In this document: positions 63,946 through 64,000 of the stretch, one piece after another | Position numbering within the stretch: the first letter of the stretch is position 1 | Layout of the letters: every line of letters begins with the position of its first letter | IMG/VR virus record: IMGVR_UViG_3300037423_000584 | Length of the DNA: 64,000 nucleotides | Strand: one strand, 5' to 3' | DNA from: a virus | Notes under the pieces: model-generated | Told to the model about the DNA's origin: nothing | Database searches by the model: none | What the model saw: the letters and a program-made list of their open reading frames with translations, nothing else | Made by a program: the position numbers and the translations under genes

Positions 63946-64000
63946 GCCCCGGTATCTCAACCGCCTTCTAAGCGGTCGTTAACCGAGTAATTGGAGTATG
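63946..64000 (+). tRNA. Atypical tRNA-like element with Arg(TCT) anticodon arm, partial
   Basis: GCCCCGG-TA-TCTCA-ACCGC-CT-TCT-AA-GCGGT; no D arm before the anticodon arm; truncated by the window end. Confidence 0.5.

Overview
Part of a large, AT-rich tailed dsDNA phage genome (siphovirus-like: tape measure and tail tube, no sheath gene seen). The host is uncertain; weak hints point to a PVC/Planctomycetota bacterium. Bases 1-49,030 are one minus-strand block. Read in transcription order it holds accessory genes, a sigma-like factor, a packaging cluster (HTH/coiled-coil-receiver fusion, HNHs, GDP-mannose dehydratase, ERCC4 nuclease, TerL), portal, protease/scaffold, capsid, a fibre cluster with GC-rich imported segments, connectors, tail tube, tape measure, tail tip and a partial glycoside hydrolase. 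A conserved TGTATA late-promoter motif lies in nine intergenic gaps. The strand switches at about 49.2 kb in a GC-rich junction with three sigma54-type sites and a near-consensus sigma70 promoter. The plus-strand early region (49.7-64 kb) is rich in RNA structure. The best candidates for undescribed biology are: (1) four abutting cassettes in which each small ORF is looped out by an 18-32 bp G-U-containing long-range helix; (2) a roughly 1.1 kb ORF-free, hairpin-dense RNA next to a tRNA, carrying the complement of the unusual AAGGTAGG leader motif found 17 times on the early strand; (3) seven terminators sharing a boxB-like UGAAUA(A/G) loop; (4) several small structured and non-canonical tRNA-like RNAs; and (5) a 129-aa catalytically dead paralog of the phage's own terminase ATPase domain, a possible decoy. 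All product calls come from motif recognition and synteny by eye; no searches or folding programs were run.
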